NCBI GenBank assembly: GCA_963709585.1
Contig: CAVPXI010000006.1
Span: 96,001-160,000, forward strand
Length of the DNA stretch: 64,000 nucleotides
Direction: 5' to 3'
Origin: Candidatus Dormiibacterota bacterium
GTDB taxonomy: Bacteria; Chloroflexota; Dormibacteria; Aeolococcales; Aeolococcaceae
This document shows positions 22,231-32,212 of this stretch, in pieces (the first letter of the stretch is position 1; each line of letters begins with the position of its first letter). Position numbers and translations under genes: made by a program. The notes below the pieces were generated by a model. It saw only the letters and a program-made list of their open reading frames with translations, did not search any database and was not told where the DNA came from.

Positions 22231-23258
22231 CTAGATCGCTCCCGACGCGACCGCTTGCTCGATCCACGGAATGACGTTGTCGAGCATCTGATCGAGCGTG
22301 GTCGTTGCCTCGAAGCCGAGCACCCGCCTCGCCTTCTCCACCGACGGGATCCTCCGCTGGACGTCGTGTTCGAAGGGCGGGTCGCTGACGTAGCGGAAGG
22401 GCACGCCGTCGCCTTTGATCCTGTGCCAGATCTTCTCCGCCAGGGTGAGCACGGTCGTCGACTCGACCGTGGAGAGGTTGAAGTCGTCGTTGAGCGCCGC
22501 GGGGCTGTCCATCGCGGTGACGATTCCTTTGGCGAGATCGCCCGCGTATGTGTAGTGCCTGACCTGCGTCCCGTTCCCGAGGATATGCAATGGGTCCTGC
22601 CCCTTGATGACCTTTTGCACGAGGTCGGGCACGACGTGAACTCATCGCCAGCTTGACGTTGCCGCTGAGGATCTCCACGTCGCCGAGGGCGCGGCCCTCA
22701 CCGACACCAACGCAGTTGAACGGCCGGACGATTGTGTACGGCAGGCCGTGCTGGCTACGTGCGGCTCGGGCGAAGTACTCGACCGCGAGCTTCTGAAAAC
22801 CGTAGGACGATCTCGGAGGTGGGATCTCGAGTTCCTGACCCTCGGACGACGGCCAGGACGTGGCCGACTCGAACACCATCGATGAGCTGAGGTAGGTCAC
22901 CTTGCTCAGCGTCCCGTCGCGATGCGCTCGGATGGCCGCGTCGCAGGTGGCGGCGAGGATCCGTTCATTGGTCGCCAGCAGATCGTATGCGTATGTATGG
23001 AAATACGAGATGCCGCCGATCATCGCCGCGCCTGCGATCAGCTGGTCACAGCCGGCGAGCGCGTCGGTCATCAGGGCCGCGTCGCGCGCGTCGCCGCGGA
23101 TGAGCCGGTAGCGCGGATGGCTGTCGAACGATCGGACGACCTGACCGTATTTCGAACTCGTTGTCGACACCGACCACCTCATAGCCTTGTGTCAGCAACT
23201 CCTCAACCACGTACCCGCCGATGAAGCCGGCAGACCCGGTGACCAGGACTCGGGTCAC
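22231..23258 (-). CDS. NAD-dependent epimerase/dehydratase (UDP-sugar); +1 insertions at 23154-23159 and 22638-22643
   Basis: VLVTGSAGFIGG, SSSMVF, YGFQK, RPFNCVG, SHVVPDL restored across three frames. Confidence 0.87.
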
Positions 23259-23998
23259 GCGCCTTCTCCGGGACGGCGGCCGGATGCGCTGCGGTCTCGT
23301 CGAGTGAGGCCGAGCGCATAGAGGTACCAATGCAGGTACCGGGGAATCCACGCCTTGACCTTGAAATTGGATGTGCCGTCGGCACGGTCGAGCCAGATGG
23401 TCGGCAACTCCGCCACCGGCAGGCCGAGGCGCCGCGCTTTTGCCACCAGCTCGATCCCAAGCTCGAAGCCGGCATCGGAGTCGATGCCCACACGATCCAC
23501 GAACGCTCGCGAATATGCCTTGAAGGAGTTGGTCGCATCGTGTGTTCCCACGTGCGCGATGAGATTCAGCGAGACGCCGGCCAGGCGCGAGACGTGGCCT
23601 TTCACCCAGGGGCCACCCACCTGCTGACCGCCGCGCATGTATCGGGACGCACAGGCGACGACGACGCCGCGCTCCACGAGCCTGGTGAGTTGATCGATCT
23701 GCATCGGGTCATCACTGCCATCGGCCATGGTCACGACCACCACGTCGGCGGTAGCCTGTCCGATCCCGAAGCGCAGAGCGTTCGCCGGCCCACGTCCGAG
23801 CGTGTTGAGCACGGGCCTGAGGCGTGGCTCTCGCTGCACATACGTGTCGAGAAACGGAACCGTCGTGTCCTCGAGTGTGTCGTAGACGACGAGCACCTCC
23901 GCCGGCAGTGTGATCGCCTCAAAGATGCGTTCGAGAAACGGGACGACGGCAGCGCCCTCGTTGTATGCGGGTATCACAACGCTGACGCGTGGCTTCAC
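23255..23998 (-). CDS. GT2 polyprenol-phosphate glycosyltransferase (DPM1-like)
   Basis: VVIPAYNEG, MADGSDD, ASRYMRGG, DATNSFKAY. Confidence 0.87.
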   Translation of the reverse strand: MKPRVSVVIPAYNEGAAVVPFLERIFEAITLPAEVLVVYDTLEDTTVPFLDTYVQREPRLRPVLNTLGRGPANALRFGIGQATADVVVVTMADGSDDPMQIDQLTRLVERGVVVACASRYMRGGQQVGGPWVKGHVSRLAGVSLNLIAHVGTHDATNSFKAYSRAFVDRVGIDSDAGFELGIELVAKARRLGLPVAELPTIWLDRADGTSNFKVKAWIPRYLHWYLYALGLTRRDRSASGRRPGEGA

Positions 23999-25200
23999 AC
24001 TCTGACCCCGTTGCCAAGGAGGTTGGTGATGTCGACCACCGGTTTCGTGGTGCGCAGGCCCGCGTATTCCCGGTGCGGGGCGGCGATGATCAGCAGATCG
24101 GACTCCGCGACCACGGCGTCGAAGGGCACGATGTCGGGATCGCCGACGACATACGGGTCGGTGCAGAGCACGCGCGCAGCCTTGCCGGTGAGGATGCGCT
24201 TCAGCTTGTAGCTCAGGCTGGAGCGGGTGTCGTCCGACTCGGCTTTGAATGCCATGCCCAGGAGACCAACGGTCAACGTCGTCAGGTCGAAGCGCTGCTC
24301 GAGCTTTCCCAAGACGTAGAGCGGCACTCCCTCGTTGACCATCACCGCAGCGTGACCAAGGGTGAAACGGTTCTCAGCGAACGCGGTGATCTGCATCGTG
24401 TCCTTGAGAAGACAGGGACCGGCGGTGAGCCCGGCCCCGGGAAGATCGGCGGCGCGTGGATAGTGAAAGGTCACCGCGCTGCGAATCCGCTCGTAGTCGA
24501 GCCCGTTGTCGTTAGCGATCATGTACAGCTGGTTGGCGACCGCGAACTTGAGATAGCGCCAGCTGTTGGTGAACAGCTTGGCGAGCTCGGCCTCCTCCGG
24601 TTCGAGCTCGACGATCTCCGGCGTCAGCCGCCGGAACAGCGCGTCGGCGCGCTGGACGGCCCTTGGAGTCGTGCCCGAGATGATCTGCGGGAGCGTGTGG
24701 AGCTCCACGAGCGCGTAGCCCTCCGCGATTCGCTCGGGACAGAAGCTGACATCGATGTCGCGCCCCAGCCTTCCGATCAGCCGCGCCACGCGCTCGGTCA
24801 CGCCCGGATACACGGTGCTGCGCAGCACCACGAGATGGCCGTCGACGAGGTGGTCGGTGAGCGGTGTGATCACTCGCGCGACCGCCTCGACATCCGGGCT
24901 CAGATACCGATCGACCGGCGTACCCACCACCACGACGATGTGCTCGCTCCGGTCGATCACCGCCGCGTCGGTGGTCGCGCGCAGCCGTCCAGCGGCGAGT
25001 ACACGGGTAAGCACCGGCGGCGCCCCCGCCTCCGCAAATGGCATCGTTCCAGCGTTGACGACGTCGACGACCGCGGCATTGGTGTCGAACAGGACCACGT
25101 CGAGCCCGCTGTCGGCGAAGGCGAGACCCAGGGGCAGACCCACGTGCCCGCATCCCCCGACAACGACGACGTCGTGCTCGAACTGCATCGGTCTTCCCAT
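23995..25200 (-). CDS. Nucleotide-sugar (UDP-Glc/UDP-HexNAc) dehydrogenase
   Basis: GGCGHVG, RSTVYPG, CPERIAEG, AELAKL, GPCLLKD, GMAFK. Confidence 0.9.
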   Translation of the reverse strand: MGRPMQFEHDVVVVGGCGHVGLPLGLAFADSGLDVVLFDTNAAVVDVVNAGTMPFAEAGAPPVLTRVLAAGRLRATTDAAVIDRSEHIVVVVGTPVDRYLSPDVEAVARVITPLTDHLVDGHLVVLRSTVYPGVTERVARLIGRLGRDIDVSFCPERIAEGYALVELHTLPQIISGTTPRAVQRADALFRRLTPEIVELEPEEAELAKLFTNSWRYLKFAVANQLYMIANDNGLDYERIRSAVTFHYPRAADLPGAGLTAGPCLLKDTMQITAFAENRFTLGHAAVMVNEGVPLYVLGKLEQRFDLTTLTVGLLGMAFKAESDDTRSSLSYKLKRILTGKAARVLCTDPYVVGDPDIVPFDAVVAESDLLIIAAPHREYAGLRTTKPVVDITNLLGNGVRV

Positions 25201-26421
25201 CTACGTGGCTGCGACGAGGTGCTGGTGACTCGCTGCGCTGATCTGCTCAGGCGTCTCCTCGGGAGGCGCTCCGTTCCGAACAATAAGGACAATGGCGAGC
25301 GTCACCGCCAGGAGGGGGACGACCTCGGTCGCCAGCAGGGGCGCGAGACCGCGCGGGTAGATGAGCTGAGCCAGCGTGAACGCCCACCCGGCCGCGACCA
25401 CCGACCATGGGCGCGAGCGAGCCACGACCATGCCCAACGGCGCCAGAAAAAGGACATCGTAGGCGAGGGTGTGGAGACCGATCACGACGGCGAGCGCGAT
25501 CGCCACAGCCACGAACAGTGGGGTCTCGACGCGCCGGCGAATCCGGATCAACAGGAAGACGGCGATGCCGGCGAGTATCAGGAAACCGACCTCAGCCACG
25601 GCTGTGCTGCCGGTCCAGCGCGCGAGCGTTCCCGGCAGGCCGATGCCGATCTGAAATTCCTCGAGCCTGGTTGCGCTGCCGAGCCACTGCAGGCTGCACG
25701 AAGGTCCGACCATGAGCACGCTGATCGCGCCGATTGCGGCGACAGTCGCAGTGCACGCGGCCACCACCCGCCATCGGTGATGGATGACCAGGGCGATCAC
25801 GGCGAGGAAGATCAACTGGGGCTTGACCGCGGCAAGACCAAGCAGCACACCTGCAGCGAGGTCCCGATGCCTCCTGAGCAGGTCGAGCGCCAACAACGTG
25901 GCAACCAGGAGCAGCGCGTCGTTCTGCGCCAGGCTGAACTCGGTGTTCGCGATCTCGTTGAGCAGAAGCGCGGCGACCACGGCCGCCATCAACCAGTGCG
26001 GCAGCCGGTTTCGGTCGCGCCAGAGCAGAACCGCGCAGGCGGCGAGCGCCACCGACAGCACGACCTCCCACAGGATCACCGCAGTCGAAAGACGCAGTCC
26101 CGCAAGCGGAGCGTTGAGAAGGGTCATCACCGGTGGCTCGTTGAAGCGCCAGATGAGATCCGCCGACGCCGAGGGCGCAACCAGCCCCGGAACCAGGTGG
26201 GAACCGGCGAGCTGCACCGATCGCGAATAGATGCACCCGAGCCCCGCGGCCTGGGCCTGGTGGGTCGCGGCGACGCCCGCGAAGTCCGAGGTCTGGGGAT
26301 AGATCACGGCATAGCGAACGGCGCCAACGGCCATCGCGATGGATCCGGTGACGCTCGCGAGCGCGACGAGGAGTAGCGGTCTCCGGCGTGGACTGTGCGC
26401 TCGAAGTCCTGGAAGGGGCAT
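25201..26421 (-). CDS. GT87 family GT-C glycosyltransferase
   Basis: SDF, FNEPP, AQND, VKPQL, HTLAYD motifs; multi-TM. Confidence 0.75.
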   Translation of the reverse strand: MPLPGLRAHSPRRRPLLLVALASVTGSIAMAVGAVRYAVIYPQTSDFAGVAATHQAQAAGLGCIYSRSVQLAGSHLVPGLVAPSASADLIWRFNEPPVMTLLNAPLAGLRLSTAVILWEVVLSVALAACAVLLWRDRNRLPHWLMAAVVAALLLNEIANTEFSLAQNDALLLVATLLALDLLRRHRDLAAGVLLGLAAVKPQLIFLAVIALVIHHRWRVVAACTATVAAIGAISVLMVGPSCSLQWLGSATRLEEFQIGIGLPGTLARWTGSTAVAEVGFLILAGIAVFLLIRIRRRVETPLFVAVAIALAVVIGLHTLAYDVLFLAPLGMVVARSRPWSVVAAGWAFTLAQLIYPRGLAPLLATEVVPLLAVTLAIVLIVRNGAPPEETPEQISAASHQHLVAAT

Positions 26422-26473
26422 CTGCGCGACGAACCTAACCCGGGCGATCGATCGCCGCCGGGGACGTTACCGA

Positions 26474-27742
26474 CTAGCTACGGCTTTGGGCGCCGCCCAG
26501 GCCGGCGACGCGCAACCTCGGTGCGTTCGCGAGCCGGCCGGTTCGCGCGGTCGCGATACAAGCGAGCGCAGCCGCCACCATCAATGCCCACCCGGCCAGC
26601 TGTCCCGGCGGGAAGGCCGCCCCGTCGATGAGGTCGGCGCCGGCGGCGACGTTGATCAGCAACCACGCTCCGAAGACGAGTGCGACCGGCGACGTGAACG
26701 TCAACACCGCCGATCGCGCGCGCCGTGCCGCCGCGGCAGCGCCGATCACCAGGGCCGGTGCCAGCATCACGAGATCGTCCGGGTAGGCGTGTGGTGATGC
26801 GAGCAGCGAGAGCACGGCGGCGCCGACCAGCGCCGCGTCCAGACGCCTCGGGTCGCGGCGCACGGTCATCCCGAGCCACAGCGCGGCTGCGCACGCAAGC
26901 AGGGATGCGACGAGCCCGATCACGTGCGCCACCAACCCATTGCCGGCCACCGAGCCCACCACCCCGATGAAGCTCACCATGGTCGCGAGCTCCCACCTGG
27001 TCGTCGACGAGGCGAGGACGCCGACGAACCCGGCGAGTTCCGCCGGCCCGACGAGGGCGAGCGACGCCACCGCGAGCCCCGCAGCACCGGCGATGGCGCC
27101 GGCGATGACCCTGCGTTCTCGCCAGCCGAGCAGGAACGCCAGGAGTCCGAGGGCGAGATGCGGTTTGGCTATCCCCGCCGACACCACAAGCACCGCAGCT
27201 CCGGTCGCCAGACGCCCGCACTTCCACGACCGATAGGCAACCACCAGACCGAGGGCGAGCAGCGGCGTCCACTGCGCCTGTACGAACGTCGTCAAGGTCC
27301 CCAACCCGGCGAGCGCCGCGGCACCTGCCGCCACCTGCCACAGGCGCGGCGTGCCGGCCGGCCACTCGACGCTCCGGACCGCCAGCACCACGGCGAGAAC
27401 CAGCACCGCAAGCTCGAGCACCGACCACAGGCGATACGCCGCATCGAGGGACAGCACCGTCGCAGGCAGCACGAGCGCGGCTGCCACCGGGGTGTTGACG
27501 AACGGAAGGTCCCCCTCGTGATCCGGGGCGATCAGCGCGCTGTGCAACGGCTGCTGCACCGCCTGGCTGTAGAGGTCGCCGGTGTGCCCCTCGCGGAGCA
27601 GCGTGCCGCCGACGTAGAACGCGGTGAAGTCACTCCGACCCACATCGAAGCTGCTGACCTGGGTCCACATGACCGCGTATGCGACCAGCACAGCCGCGGC
27701 AATCGCGATGATCAACCGGGCAGACCGGAGAGATCCGCTCAC
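26474..27742 (-). CDS. GT87 family GT-C glycosyltransferase
   Basis: SDFTAFY..LY, PFVNTP, AKPHL, SPHAYPDD; paralogue of 5647-6918; start uncertain. Confidence 0.8.
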   Translation of the reverse strand: MSGSLRSARLIIAIAAAVLVAYAVMWTQVSSFDVGRSDFTAFYVGGTLLREGHTGDLYSQAVQQPLHSALIAPDHEGDLPFVNTPVAAALVLPATVLSLDAAYRLWSVLELAVLVLAVVLAVRSVEWPAGTPRLWQVAAGAAALAGLGTLTTFVQAQWTPLLALGLVVAYRSWKCGRLATGAAVLVVSAGIAKPHLALGLLAFLLGWRERRVIAGAIAGAAGLAVASLALVGPAELAGFVGVLASSTTRWELATMVSFIGVVGSVAGNGLVAHVIGLVASLLACAAALWLGMTVRRDPRRLDAALVGAAVLSLLASPHAYPDDLVMLAPALVIGAAAAARRARSAVLTFTSPVALVFGAWLLINVAAGADLIDGAAFPPGQLAGWALMVAAALACIATARTGRLANAPRLRVAGLGGAQSRS

Positions 27743-27888
27743 CTCTGGCAGCCTATCCGCTGAGATCGCGGAAGCCCGATGCGTTATCAGCCCGTCACAG
27801 TGCGAGCGCGGCGCTTTCGTATGTCCGTTCGGGGCATCGATGGGAAGAGGATTCCCCGACCGTGCGCGCTGCTGCGACACTTGCCACC

Positions 27889-28254
27889 ATGATCACCGCC
27901 ACCCACGCCGTCCTGTACGCCGACGATCCCGACCGGGCCAGGGCGTTCTTCCGCGACGTGCTCGAGATGCCCAACGTGGACATCCATGGCGGATGGCTCA
28001 TCTTCAGACTGCCTCCCGCCGAGCTCGGGATCCATCCGTCGGGCGAGGGCTCCCCCGGTGGGCACCACGAGCTCTTCCTGATGTGCGATGACATCGATCG
28101 CACCGTCGACGAGCTCACCGCAAAAGGCGCCGAGTTCTCCGGGCCGATCAGCACCGCACGATTCGGACGCCTGACCCGCATACGCATCCCCGGCGGCGGA
28201 GAGATCGGCCTCTATCAGCCGTCGCACCCGACCGCATACGACCTCGACCCCTGA
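27889..28254 (+). CDS. VOC/glyoxalase family protein
   Basis: RAFFRDVL, PPAELGIHP, LMCDDI, IPGGGEIGLYQP. Confidence 0.87.
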   Translation: MITATHAVLYADDPDRARAFFRDVLEMPNVDIHGGWLIFRLPPAELGIHPSGEGSPGGHHELFLMCDDIDRTVDELTAKGAEFSGPISTARFGRLTRIRIPGGGEIGLYQPSHPTAYDLDP

Positions 28255-28299
28255 AACGCTCGGTCGTCACGGTCGGGAACGGGTCGGTACCATGATGCG

Positions 28300-29217
28300 A
28301 TGAGTTCCCAACCCCATCGGCAGATGATCCAGGCGCCGGACGGCCGGCAGCTCGAGGTCGTCTCCGACGGACCGAAGGACGGGCGTTGCTTCCTCTTTCA
28401 CAGCGGAACGCCGTCAGCGGCTGCTGCCTACCCGCCGCTGGTCGCGGAACTCGCCAAGCGAAGTCTGCGCTTCGTGACGTTCTCTCGCCCCGGATACGCC
28501 GGGTCGTCCGCCATGGCGGGTCGGGCTGTGGGCGATGTGGCAACCGACGTGCAGGCCATCCTCGACGCGCTGAAGATCGGTTCGTTCTTCTGCGCCGGCC
28601 AGTCGGGTGGTGGTCCCCACGCGCTGGCATGCGCGGCCCTCCTCTCCGACCGAGTTCTCGCTACGGCGACGCTCGCCGGGGTGGCGCCGTGGCCGGCCGA
28701 GGGGCTCGACTGGCTCGCGGGCATGGGGCCCGAGAACCTTGAAGAGTTCGGCCTGACCATGAAAGGTAGAGACGCGCTCGAGCCCTATCTGGAACGTGAA
28801 GCTTCGTCCCTACGGGGTGTGCAGGCCGCAGCAGTGGCGGCTTCCTTCGGAGGGCTGGTCAGTGACGTCGACAAGGCGGCGCTGACCGGTGATTACGCCG
28901 TGCACATGGCCGCCAGCCTTCAACGTGCCGTCTCGACCGGGATCGCCGGGTGGCGGGACGACGACCTCGCGTTCGCCGCCCCATGGGGATTCGATCTGGC
29001 GTCCATCGAGACCCCGGTCGCGGTCTGGCAGGGGGGCGAGGATCGGATGGTGCCGATGGCGCACGGTGCCTGGCTGGCAGCGCACGTCCGGGGGGCTGAG
29101 GAGCACCTCCTCCCCGATGAGGGTCATCTTTCGCTCGCGCTCAATAAGATCGGCGATGTGCTGGACGGCTTGCTCGCGATGGGCGAGGCCGCGGCGCACC
29201 CGGCTCACGCATCGTGA
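28300..29217 (+). CDS. Alpha/beta hydrolase
   Basis: HSGTP, SRPGY, GQSGG nucleophile, EDRMVP, EGHLS. Confidence 0.9.
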   Translation: MSSQPHRQMIQAPDGRQLEVVSDGPKDGRCFLFHSGTPSAAAAYPPLVAELAKRSLRFVTFSRPGYAGSSAMAGRAVGDVATDVQAILDALKIGSFFCAGQSGGGPHALACAALLSDRVLATATLAGVAPWPAEGLDWLAGMGPENLEEFGLTMKGRDALEPYLEREASSLRGVQAAAVAASFGGLVSDVDKAALTGDYAVHMAASLQRAVSTGIAGWRDDDLAFAAPWGFDLASIETPVAVWQGGEDRMVPMAHGAWLAAHVRGAEEHLLPDEGHLSLALNKIGDVLDGLLAMGEAAAHPAHAS

Positions 29218-29269
29218 ACACCGTATAGTCGCCGCAGCCTTCGAGGACGCGGAGAGGAGATCAACACCA

Positions 29270-30145
29270 ATGACACCTGATGAGGTCAAGCAGAGCATCA
29301 CCGGTTGGTGCGCGTCCGACGACGACCTGGAGATGGCTTCCGACCGCTTCGAGCCGGGCACGGACTTTTCCTTCGGACTGAAGGCAGGCACCCTGAGCAG
29401 CGCGCCGGTCGACCTCGTCGTGCTCAAGGCTGCCGGCGCCGATCGGGTCACCATCCGGCGGAGCGTGACGCTCACCGGCGACCAGGTCGATGCAGCCAAC
29501 CAGCTTGTCGCCTCGCGTCCCGGCTCGGTCACCGCGGCGATCGAACGCTCCGGGGCGGACACCGCGGTCGTCGCGCAGACATACGTCTACCTCGACGGGT
29601 TGAGCAAGCACACATTCGTGCAGGCCGTCGCCGAGCTGGCACGGACCAGCACGCTCCTCGATGCGATCGGGGGTGTCGCCACGGCATCCGAGGTCGATGA
29701 GGAGGCCGCGACCGTCGCATCCGACTCCCTCGATGCGGACGCCGAGCCCGACTCCACCGCGATCCCTGCCGCATCGACGTTCCAGCAGCCGAGTCCGATG
29801 CCACAGCCGCTGCCCACGCCCAGCTTCGCGCCACCGCCGGTGCAGGCACAACCGGTCCAGCCGAGCCACACCCCGCAGCCGGTGCAGGCCTATCAGGCGC
29901 AGCCGGTGCAGGCGCAGCCGGTGCAGCAGCCCGCCCCGATGGGTGGATGGGCGCCGAGTCACTCCGTTCCCCCGCAGGGACTCCGCGCGTGGGGCGCTCC
30001 GGATCCGTCCGGACCCGTGGTCGCCAACCTCGCGCCCGGATTGCCCATCCAGGTCGCTGAAGTCCGAGGAGCGTGGGCGCGGGTGATCTGCTCCAACGGG
30101 TGGACCGGCTGGATCGACGGCCGGATCATTGGCGTCGCTGCCTGA
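29270..30145 (+). CDS. Hypothetical protein: YbjN-like N-domain, Pro/Gln linker, C-terminal SH3b-like domain
   Basis: GGAG RBS; C-terminus GLRAWGAPDP...GAWARVICSNGWTGWIDGR. Confidence 0.65.
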   Translation: MTPDEVKQSITGWCASDDDLEMASDRFEPGTDFSFGLKAGTLSSAPVDLVVLKAAGADRVTIRRSVTLTGDQVDAANQLVASRPGSVTAAIERSGADTAVVAQTYVYLDGLSKHTFVQAVAELARTSTLLDAIGGVATASEVDEEAATVASDSLDADAEPDSTAIPAASTFQQPSPMPQPLPTPSFAPPPVQAQPVQPSHTPQPVQAYQAQPVQAQPVQQPAPMGGWAPSHSVPPQGLRAWGAPDPSGPVVANLAPGLPIQVAEVRGAWARVICSNGWTGWIDGRIIGVAA

Positions 30146-30157
30146 CCCTCGGCCAAC

Positions 30158-30371
30158 GTGACCGAGGTGAAAGCCGAGCTGGTCGGCAATCTCTGGAAGA
30201 TCGTGGTCGCGGTGGGGCAGGCCGTCGAGGAGGACGACACGCTCATGGTCCTCGAGTTCGATGAAGATGGAGATCCCGATCACGACCCCGGTCTCGGGCA
30301 CGGTCGCGCAGATCCTTGTGGCTGAGGGTGAGGTCGTGCAGGAAGGGCAGACGGTCGCGATCATCGACTGA
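30158..30371 (+). CDS. Stand-alone biotin/lipoyl carrier protein; +1 insertion at 30254-30259
   Basis: LE(S)MKMEIP biotinylation motif restored by deleting one T. Confidence 0.88.
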
Positions 30372-30435
30372 GCGGGGCTGGTGACCGTCCCGCGATGATG
30401 GTGGCGCGCGCCGGCGCGCGTGCGACGATGAATTG

Positions 30436-31213
30436 GTGAATTCGAGCCAGCTCGACACGATCAGCGTCAAGACGTCGGACAACGTCACGCTGGGGTACAG
30501 CGTGGCCGGCCTGGGCAGCCCGGCTGGTGGCCCAGATCCTGGACAACCTGATCGCGCTGCCACTCGCGCTGGTTGCGATCCTGCTCTACGGGGCTCTCGC
30601 CGGCGTTTTCGTGACCAGTGCCCAGGGTGCAGGGTTCGCCGGTGCCGGCGCGGGATTCTTTGCCGGGTTCGTCTACTTCGGCTACTTCTTCGTGGCCGAA
30701 GCGGTGACCGGTGGCAAGACCCCGGGCAAGAGCGCCATGGGTCTGCGCGTCATTCGCATCGACGGCTCGGCTGCAAGCTTTGGCGCTCTCGCGGTCCGCA
30801 ACGTCATCCGTATCGTCGACGTTGCCGTGCTCCTGATCGGCGTCGTGGTGATGTTCTTTCAGCCGCAGACCCGCCGCCTCGGCGACCTCGGCGCCGGCAC
30901 GATCGTGGTTCGCGACCGGGCGATGGTCACGCTGGCAGCGGCGGTCACTCCGCCGCCGGTGATGCTTCGGACCCCCGACGCGGGGCCGCCCATCGACGGG
31001 CTCGACCGGATCGGGAGCTTCGAACGCGACGCGCTGCGCGTCTTTCTCTCGCGCCAAGGTCTGAGCCAGAAGCTGCGCGCAGACCTGGCAGCCGACATCG
31101 CGAAGCGCCTGCTCGACAAACTCGAACTGCCGTCGACAGCGCCGGAGCGCCTCTGGCCGCCCGAGCTGTTCATCGAGCGCATCTACCTGCAACTCGATCA
31201 GCGCCATCCATGA
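30436..31213 (+). CDS. RDD family protein; homopolymer frameshift at ~30520
   Basis: AGLGSR-LVAQILD, GKTPGK, RRLGDLGAGT. Confidence 0.85.
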
Positions 31214-32202
31214 GCCTCGACGCGTTCATCGCGGAGCGCCAGGGGCGATGGTCCGCCCTGGAAGCGGCGATCAAGACCGCGAAACGCGGACGCCTGCGCA
31301 CGCAGTCCGCGAGCGACATCGAGAACTTCGGGCTGTTGCTCCGGCAGACCTCGAGCGACCTCGCGATCGCTCGCCGCGATCATCCGGACGCGCCGATCAC
31401 CGAGTACCTCAACACGCTCTGCGCGAGAGCGCATCCGCTGCTATATCGGGGCTCGCCGTGGCGTGCGGGGTCGATCGGGCCGTTCTTCGCGACCGCGCTG
31501 CCCCGATCGTTTCGGGCCGCATGGCCATACATCCTTGCGAGCCTGGCGCTCATGGTGATCGGCTTCATCGCGGGCTGGGTCGCGGTGTACGTGCGTCCCG
31601 ACCTGCGCGCGTCGCTGGTGCCATCCTCACTTTTTGACGAGATGGCGCGCGGCCAGATCGGAACGGGCGTGCAGGACGCGCCGTTCGCGGCGGCATTCAT
31701 CATCCAGAACAACATCCGCGTGGCGCTCATCTGCTTCGCCGGTGGCATGTTGCTCGGTATCCCTACCGTGCTCGTGCTGCTCGCCAACGGGTGGATGCTC
31801 GGGACCGTCGCTGCCGCCGTGCACCTGGGCGGCTACGACTATCAGTTCTGGTCGCTGATCGTCCCTCACGGCGTGCTCGAGCTCAGCGTGATCGTGATCA
31901 GCGGTGGCACCGGCCTCATGCTCGGCGCCGCGATCCTTCGCCCCGGGCAGCTCCGTCGAGGGGAGGCGCTAGCGCGAGTGGCGGTGCGCGCAGTGCTGCT
32001 CGTCCTCGGGGCCGCCAGCCTGCTCATCATCGCCGGCACCCTCGAAACATTCGTCTCGCCGAGCGCGCTCCCGGACGCTATGAAGCTCGCGACCGGAGGG
32101 CTGGTGGGGGTGCTCCTCTACTCTTGGCTCCTGCTCGCGGGACGGACCCCGCGCCGGCCTCGAGCGTTCAGGTTCGACCGTCCAGCGGAAACCCCCGCGT
32201 AG
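31210..32202 (+). CDS. Stage II sporulation protein M / DUF95 membrane protein
   Basis: DLAIAR, QNNIRVA, NGWMLG, PHGVLEL, LETFVSP. Confidence 0.87.
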   Translation: MSLDAFIAERQGRWSALEAAIKTAKRGRLRTQSASDIENFGLLLRQTSSDLAIARRDHPDAPITEYLNTLCARAHPLLYRGSPWRAGSIGPFFATALPRSFRAAWPYILASLALMVIGFIAGWVAVYVRPDLRASLVPSSLFDEMARGQIGTGVQDAPFAAAFIIQNNIRVALICFAGGMLLGIPTVLVLLANGWMLGTVAAAVHLGGYDYQFWSLIVPHGVLELSVIVISGGTGLMLGAAILRPGQLRRGEALARVAVRAVLLVLGAASLLIIAGTLETFVSPSALPDAMKLATGGLVGVLLYSWLLLAGRTPRRPRAFRFDRPAETPA

Positions 32203-32212
32203 ACTGGAGTCT

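Noticed and set aside
23989-26376. Long antisense or alternative-frame ORFs (e.g. 795 aa here, 40108-42168, 16293-18152)
   Set aside because: Shadow ORFs expected at high GC opposite well-supported genes; Arg/Ala-rich with no motifs.
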